Shown piece after piece: positions 55,849 through 64,000 of a stretch of DNA of 64,000 nucleotides (its first letter is position 1; the number at the start of each line of letters is the position of its first letter). The DNA comes from Dimorphilus gyrociliatus (taxonomy: Eukaryota > Animalia > Annelida). Under the pieces are notes generated by a model, which worked only from the letters and a program-made list of their open reading frames with translations, was not told where the DNA came from and searched no databases. The DNA lies in the NCBI GenBank assembly GCA_904063045.1, contig CAJFCJ010000009.1:1302968-1366967 (forward strand), in the 5' to 3' direction. The translations under genes and the position numbers were made by a program.

Positions 55849-58800
55849 ATGTATGACTCGATTAAACTTACTTCCCTTATTCTTTTGTTCTTTTTGATAA
55901 TTGTGAAGATTTGTCAGGAAACTAAAGCAGGTAATTTATTCCCTTAACCCTTGAAATTTGATAGAGATGAATGAAGAACTATATTGCGCATATATATATA
56001 TATATATACAGTATATATATTTATGTATTATGTATGTCTATAAGTGTGAAAGAGGGGGTGGAAGAGAGAGAAAAAAAGAATGACTCAAGTGAGAAGATTA
56101 TGAATAATTGATAATGAAATATCTTTTCTTCTATTTTAAAGCGTTTATTAAAAATTTGCAGAAAATTGCGATATTGGTAGATTTTTCGCAAATTGTTCAG
56201 GAATATGCCATTGTGCCGGGGGTAATGAAGGATGTGATCAGGAATACGGATGTATTAACTACCAATGCGCCAAAGGTTGGATGAATCCGCCCCATTGTCA
56301 AACACGTAAATAAAAAGTTCCTTTTTAAAAATGTTGTATTGATTAATTGATGAGAGAGATTTTAAATTCATTGAAAATAGCTTGTCCGCAAGGCTTGTAC
56401 GGTAAAAATTGCAAAGAGGAGTGCCACTGCCCCATTAACGATACTTGTTCATCTATTAATGGTTTATGTACAACTTTTAAATGTCATCCAGAATGGACTG
56501 GACCTGGATGTAAAAATCGTCTGTATTATTAATAAAATATCAACAGATTTTTTACTTTACTTTCTAATATCGTTAATTAGGATTACCAGTTTTAAAAGAA
56601 GCTGCGAAATTGGTAAACGTAAGCTGTAAATCGTTAATAGTAAAGTGGTTACGCTGGGATAGATTTTCGGATATAGGAGATTTAAATGTCGTCGCCTATA
56701 GATTAGAAGAAAGAATAAATTTAACAGACTGGATTAACGTCAGTTACATTGAGAATTCTTCGAATCCTGAATATTTTTTTCGTAAGGAATTTCACAATGA
56801 ATGGGGTAGTTATCAATGGAGAGTTATGTCAATCTGGGCGGATAATAACAAATACCAGGAAGGACTCTACTCTCCAAAGACGCTTCACTTTCAACCTAAA
56901 ATTTGCGCTGGTAGAATTTATTTCTCTTATTTTAATCTAACACCATCTCTCTTTATACAAATTAAATATAATTATCTATTTTTAGAACCGACGGAGACAA
57001 CCTTCGCCTCGATAAGTAGTTCGCCATCTAGCACGATTACAACAGCTTCCTTGTCACTGAGTACTCCATTATCTCGTAATTAGAATTTTGTTTATCTTAT
57101 CTTTCATTAATAAATTAAAAGATTTTAATTAGATTTGTTCTCTTGATATTTATATAGCTCCGTCAATCATCAAATTTCTAAACTTACTTGTGGGTCAAAA
57201 ACAAGTATTCGTTCAATGGAATGATGTTAAATTAGCTCAAGGTTATAATTTAAGCTACTGGAAGACTTCTACAGGCACATGCAGAAATAAGCTAGATGAT
57301 ACACCTACTACAATAGTCATTAACCAGTCGGAAACCTCTTATGAACTGAGTAAATTACATAAGTGGACCGTCTATAAATTAGAATTGTTCGCTTGGAATT
57401 CTGGAGGAAGAGGGAATAGTTTAATAAAAGAATTTCTAACACTTGAAGCAGGTTACCTAACTGGATTAATTAGTATTTAAAATTTGAATATCTAAGAAGC
57501 CTATTTTACTCTTGCAGCTCCATCTAGTAAGATCGACCTAGTCAAATATAGTGATAAGACAAATAGTTCGCTTACGTTCAACTGGATTGAACCAAGTTGC
57601 ACTAGTAGAGGAGGCAATATAACAAGATACGATGTAATTGTTCAATCTCAAAAAGCTGCCGAAATAAGAGATGTATCTTACAGTCTAAAATACGAGGCTA
57701 AAAACTTAAAATCCTATACTGAATACACATTCAAGGTTCGTTACGTAAATAGCGCTGGTCAGAGTAACTATTCTGATCCAATATCAACATCGACACTTCA
57801 AAGTCCACCTAGTCAACCAACTAATCTCAGAATATTAGAGAGAACCATATCAACTATACTAATTAGTTGGGAGAAGCCCGACGAACCTAATGGAATTTTA
57901 TCAGCCTATCAGTTACTTTTTTGGAAAAACGTTAAGCTCAAGTACCAAATTCCCGATATTGATGCCAAAATCCTACAATATCGTATTGAAGATCTTGAAC
58001 CAAACAGCCAATATACAATATCTATAAAAGGAAAAACGGGTGGCGGATGGGGACGAGAGGCTCTTACTAGAGCCTTTACCGAACCTAAAAACCGTAAACC
58101 CGACGGACCTTCAATGATAAATATGGTTTTTAGAAATGAAACTTGTATAGAAATTCGTTGGACTGAACTACAAAACGAAAATGTCAACAATTATAGAGTT
58201 TGTATTATGATTATTATTATTAATATACTTTATCAATGTTATTCTTTAGGTTTTCAACCTAAAATAACCTATTTTCTTTTATTATTTGTACAACAGATAA
58301 CTTACAAACCCATTATGAGCCATTCAGGTCCAATTGATTCAAATACTATTGAAAAGAACCAAAAGCTAGTGAAAAGCAGAATTTGTAGTTTATTACCGGC
58401 AACTCAATACGAATTTCAAGTGAGAACCATAACAGACTTTGGTTCTAGTCCTCCAACGGTTGCTCTATTTTGGACGGAGGTTCCTAAACCTTTAAAACCT
58501 TCTGAGCCTATTGTAAAAAACGTTGGAAAATCTAACGTAACAATCATTTTAAAACCAGTTATACAAAACGCTGGTCCTATTGCGGATTATTATATATCGG
58601 TAAAGAAAGTGGCGAATTCTTCGCGAATGAGAAGGGCTACTACGGATATTCCAGGATTGATAAAAGCTAGATTAAGGAGGGTACAACTCTTAAAGGATAT
58701 AGAATTCTTGATTGGCGATAGTAAATTTTACAATAATTTCCATAATACACCACTGGATGAAGGTTCGACTTATGATATATACTTTGCTGTTACCAGCCAA

Positions 58801-61011
58801 TTAGATGGTATTACAAAATCATCCTATTCAAAAGTTGAAAAATCCGTCACTCTCGGCTCAGTAACGGATTTACCAGTTGAAAAGGAGGCTAAAGCTTGGG
58901 AAACCGTTGTTCCTATATTTTTAGGAGTTTTCTTTGGTCTTGTTATTCTGGGTTTACTGATAGGTCTAATTGTTTGGCGTTATTGCGTATCGAGAAGAGA
59001 TTATGGCTCATCCTTATCTAAATCAAAGAGGCAACCTTCTTGGTTGACATTGTATAATAAACAATATATGGAAAATCCTAAGTGGACAACAGTAACGGAC
59101 GAACGTGTTGATAGAACAATCAGTTTTCAAGATATTAAAATTGAAAATTTAAAGCCAAATGATTATCTTCTTTTCTCGGATGAATTTCACAAACTTCCTC
59201 AAGGTCAACTTCATCCCTGTTCGGCAGCCCTAAAAAAAGCAAATAAAAGACGAAATCGTTGCGATCACATCCTTCCCTACGATCAGAATAGAGTTATTTT
59301 GAAATCGGATCCAAACGACGAATGTTCGGATTACGTTAATGCTAGTTGGGTCGATTCTTATTCGGAGAAAAAAGCTTTCATAGCAGCTCAGGGTCCGTTT
59401 AATTCAATGACGATTATTGATTTTTGGAGATTAATATATCAAACTCGGGCAAGAGTTATTGTAATGCTTACGAAAGTAGAAGAAGACGGTTTGGTTAAGT
59501 GCGCCTCCTATTGGCCAACGATTGTGGGAGTTTTCGAAAGCTATGGAAAGATAGAAGTAAAATTAAATCAACAAGAGACGTATGCTAATTACCTTATAAG
59601 AACGTTCGTTATACGAAAGGAGGAAGGCAAAGAACGGAAATTAGTTCACCTTCAATTCGTAGATTGGCCGGAACACGGCATTCCCAACGACCCAACTCCT
59701 TTTGTTGATTTTGTAGCCAAAGTGGAATTAGAGACTCCTATCAATAATTCCTATCCAATTGTTGTTCATTGCGGAACAGGAGTTAGTAGGACTGCTGTTT
59801 TTATTGCTGTTCAAAATTTAAGTAGCAGAGCTCGAAAGGAGGGCGTTATAAACGTTTATCAGGAAGTTAAAGCGTTACGTCATTCAAGATCCCTTATGGT
59901 TAGGACACTTAAGCAATACGAGTTTATTTACGACGTCCTCTACGAACTTTTGGTCTGTCCTAGTCCAAGAGTAGCCGGAGAGGATATCACAAATACTCTT
60001 CGTCAGCTTTCATCCACTAACCCATCCGTAAAAAAATCCTATATGAGGCAACAATTCGAAATATTGGAGCATACGACGCCAAAGATTGTTCTTCAGCATT
60101 CAACAGCCCGCCAACCTGACAATATTGAAAAGAACCGCTTTCCCACAATTGCTCCGTCCGACAGACATAGAGTTTATTTAAGAGCAAATCGTCCCACCGA
60201 TTCCGATTACATTAACGCCCTCTGGATGGATTCTTATTCGGAAAAAAATAGGTTCATTATTACTCAAACTCCATTGGAAGCTACTTTAGAAGGATTTTGG
60301 TCAATGATATACGATTATGAAGTGAGAACTATAATTAACGCTGATAATGTTGATTTGGCAGACGCCTCTTGTTCTACATATTGGCCATCCAATAATAACC
60401 AAATAGTATTCGGAAATATTCGTGTGACGTCGTTTAATGTCACCGAATCTTCTTATTTTATAGCTCGAGATTTATTAATAGTCAACGATAATCAGCCTTC
60501 GCCAAGGCCGAGGGATGTCCGCCAATTACATTTAACATCATGGCATGGATATGAAAAGACGCCGGAAGTGGCGGACGTCATCTCGACAGTGATACGCGAA
60601 ATAAAAGGATCGCCCTCACCTGTCGTTATTCATTGCGTTGATGGAACAACAAGAAGCGGTTTGATATGTGCAGTATCTAATCTTCTAGAACGATGTGAAA
60701 GAGACGGTGAAGTAGACGTATTTAACACAATCAGGTGCCTTAAGAGACGACGACCCCATTTTGTTGCTTCCGCCGAACAATATAGATTTTGTTATAAAGT
60801 ACTACGTAATGCTATAGTCCCAAGTGAAACAGATCCGAAACTGGAAAGCGGATATGCTACGTTAGATCCAAGTAATAAAAAGACTGGCGACGTAGAGACT
60901 TTTTATAGTAAGCAGATGACGCGAGAGAAACGTCTTAAAGAAGCCAAAGAAGAAAAAGGACGAGTAATTACCGTTAGTGAGGATTGCACGAAAAATGCTA
61001 CTCGAGTTTAG
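55849..61011 (+). CDS. Receptor-type protein tyrosine phosphatase (EGF-like repeats, FN3 repeats, TM, tandem PTP domains)
   Basis: Signal peptide MYDSIKLTSLILLFFLIIVKIC; Cys-rich EGF-like repeats; FN3 repeats; TM VVPIFLGVFFGLVILGLLIGLIVW; D1 VHCGTGVSRT; D2 IHCVDGTTRSG. Confidence 0.93.
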
Positions 61012-61744
61012 GCTCTTTTCCTGCCTCTTCTTCAACTGACAATATATTACTATCGAAGCAATAAAACCCCCTTATAAATTAATCATACAACTTGTTGTAC
61101 ACCTTCATTAAGGGACAAATGATTCGCATGTCTCCAGTCAAAATCCTTTATTAAAGGTTATATAGTCTGCAAAAGGAATTGTTTCATATTCATTCGCTAA
61201 ATATCTTCTAGGAAAACTATAAAAAAAGATATCTTAGAATTGTATACATAAGATTTATAAATGAATATATAAGTGGTATATATAAAATACAGGAACACCA
61301 ACAGCGTTCTCCTCCAGTTCGTCTACTTGTGTATAATGTGACAAACTAATTAGTTGTACTCTACTGCAACAAGATCAGTAAACGTTGCAAAGTAACTCAT
61401 GAATATTTTGCAGTAAATTGTCTTTTTTCGGAGCGCTTTAAAATAGGTCTTATTCTAGTTAAGATAGTAGAAATTGACATTTAAGAATAGAATGGATAAA
61501 AAGCTCTACAGCAAAAAAATTTTTTTTTTTTGCGCGTCGACTCTCGACCATCTCTAGACGCCTTGATCGATAAAAACCTCACAGCTGCAATTCTGGCGGG
61601 AAGGGAACAGTTTGCTACGACGTCGCGTGGTTCCCTATTCCAGTTTATCTTATACAATAAATTATAAGCCAAGGCGGAACTTCGAACCAAGTATTGTATG
61701 TAAATGAGCCGATTCAGAAACGCCATTGCAGTTGGACGTCGACG

Positions 61745-63356
61745 ATGAGCAAGCTGTTGAGTGTTTATTGCTCATTATTCGTTACTAGTAAGTTAATTTC
61801 AAGATGCATTTTTTCGTAGCTTAAACAAAACGTAGATCTTACAAAATGTAAACAATTTAAGTTGTAGGCCTAACCAATAAAAATATTATAAATAATTAAG
61901 AAGGAGCGTCTAAAGCGACAAAAAGAAAAAAAAAAAAAACCTGTACTTTGTATATAAATTGTATGTAATTGCATATATAAGAAGGAAAGCTTAGAAATTA
62001 CTGAATAGAACGTAAATATTATCATCTGACTGGAAGGGTAAACTTTTCGTTGTATTTAAAGTTCATTTATAATAAATTGTTTGCCAATTTCCTCAGCCGG
62101 TTTAGTATCCATTGGACAAACCGCTAATATAAATATCCCAGTATCTACAGCTGGTGAGTAATACCTTATTAAAGGTTATAGTTGCTATATAATAAACTGT
62201 AATATCTTGTTTAATACCTATTAGTGCCTACCACTGATTCCGGAACTCCGATTTATTCCTTAAAGAACAAGGATGGGAAAATCTGCTTTAAGGCTGCTTT
62301 CGACTCGGAAGTTCATGTGAGGTTTAAGCCTGATAATACTACCAAGGTTCCATTCATTTATTATTTCCTAACATTTTCCTTATTATCATATAACATCCTA
62401 ATGGTACGATAAGAAAAACATACATAAATACATACAGGAAAAGACCGTAGTAGTCAAAGTACCAGCTGATGCGAGCGCAACCGGTAAATGTGACGAATAT
62501 AATTCTGCTTTGACTCTAAAATGGTCCAAATATTCTTTAAAATTTTCATTTCAAAAAGTAAGTTTAATTAATTAATTAATTAATTTTTTTATTAAAAAAA
62601 AAAGAATTCTATATTTTATAAGTATAATTACTTTTTTTTGTAGAAGGCTGCTAATTTAACAACAAAAAAGCACAAAGCAACGCAATTATACTATTCTAAT
62701 GGAGTAAATTTTACTATAAATACTACAAATAATTCTGATTTCCCAGACTTACGTGACGAAGGTTAGTCGTCAAATTGGATAACACTTCTCTCTATTGTTT
62801 TTTTTTTTTTTTTCCCTTTATCTTATCTTTCTCAATAAAAGGTACAAAGACTTTAGAGAAGAAAACGAAACAAGTAGGGTTCATAGTATCACCCTCTAAT
62901 CAATCATACAGCTGCGTAATACTGCAAAAATATACATTGAAGTTACCGTATTTATATAAAAAAACCAGTCAGTTTAAAAATGCTAAGCTTCATTTGAAAA
63001 ATGTACGATTTCAACCGTTCAACGTACCGGAGAGTGGCAAATTCTTAAAAAGTAAGTGTTACACTTTCAAACCTTTCTTCCTTTAATCAATTTATTAAAA
63101 ATAAACAAACAAAGAGTATAATATAGTTAAAAGAAAAAAGCAAATAGAAGGAAAGCATAAGACTTTATATAAACAAAGAATAAATATTAATATAACAGGT
63201 CACGACTGTCCAGCGGACGTCGCCAATAAACAAGCAAAACAGAATATTGTACCTCTGGTTGTTGCCTCTTCCCTTGGAATTTTCATCATCATAATTATTT
63301 TTGCTTATTTTATTAGTAAAACACTTAATAAACCGGGTTATAAGGCAGTTGATTGA
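61745..63356 (+). CDS. LAMP-family lysosomal membrane glycoprotein, single LAMP domain
   Basis: Signal peptide, ICFKAAFD, SYSC, RFQPF, C-P-A-D, TM IVPLVVASSLGIFIIIIIFAYFI, tail KPGYKAVD* (GYxxPhi). Confidence 0.88.
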
Positions 63357-63864
63357 TAAGGAATGAAATATGTTTCCATTTCTTTTATTATTGGTTAACA
63401 TTAAAATTGATGACTCTGCTGTTTTCGTGATTGCATTTTATCTTAGATTGATGATTGTCAGTTTGATCACATTATAAAAATCGCACATTGTTGTTGTTAC
63501 TTATAAAATTTTTTTTTTAATTCATTCATTCTAAAGAATATGTATTCTTAACGTCGTCAAGAACGAATATAAAGATATATCCCTCATTTCCTTATGCAAA
63601 TTAGTTTTCAAACTACATTAAAAAACGTATTCAACATATAGGTTATATACATTCATATACAGCATAAAATATAACATTCTGGGTATACATTAGAGATAGA
63701 ATAGATAACGTACAAACAAGTGCAAATATCAAAAAGGCACCAAATTGAAAACAGAACGAAAAAAGTTGACATGATGTTTTAATAATAAAAAAACGAAGAC
63801 GGATTATTTTGTATACCTGTACAATTTCTAATGATGAGTATATGTATGCACATATATACTAAAA

Positions 63865-63865
<1 letters not shown>

Positions 63866-63909
<44 letters not shown>
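63866..63909. repeat. (TA)n microsatellite
   Basis: Near-perfect TA run with one C interruption. Confidence 0.9.
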
Positions 63910-63910
<1 letters not shown>

Positions 63911-64000
63911 CGATATGTTAATTGACACATGTGCTTATGCAAGAATTAAAGCAGGTTAATCAACTCTACAAGTGTTAGGCAGAAATTGATATGTTTTTCT

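Noticed and set aside
58198-58296. Apparent extra TM segment (VCIMIIIINIL...) in the PTP ectodomain
   Set aside because: It is a 99-nt stop-free 3n intron interrupting an FN3 repeat; retention is possible but unsupported.

Overview
Eukaryotic, AT-rich and very gene-dense animal DNA with mostly short GT-AG introns. I can support about 25 protein-coding genes and 8 tRNA-Cys(GCA) genes. The compactness and gene content suggest a miniaturised lophotrochozoan genome such as a meiobenthic annelid; this is inference, not verified. Gene order: GOT1 (tRNA-Cys array antisense in its intron 3), orphan TM microprotein, degenerate stand-alone RING, SBDS, IFT56/TTC26, GCNT-type glycosyltransferase, RPL22, NUP210, a hidden 95-aa TM protein, PLC-beta4/norpA, CINP, EB1/MAPRE, peripherin-like tetraspanin, RPS23, ALG10, atonal-like bHLH, kinase-NADAR fusion, GLUT sugar transporter, PRDX4, RNF212-like, otopetrin, N-acylated globin, SRCR-ZP protein, receptor PTP, LAMP. 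No transposon ORF, rRNA or CRISPR array was seen. Top leads: (1) an intronless Ser/Thr kinase fused to a NADAR/YbiA domain with a degenerate-looking active site; (2) three mutually exclusive PLC-beta exons, each ending in a U12-type donor; (3) a mutually exclusive exon pair in the EB1 CH domain; (4) a RING that has lost exactly one Zn site; (5) an acylated globin with His at CD1. Exon boundaries were read and translated by hand; family calls are from motif recall, not database searches.
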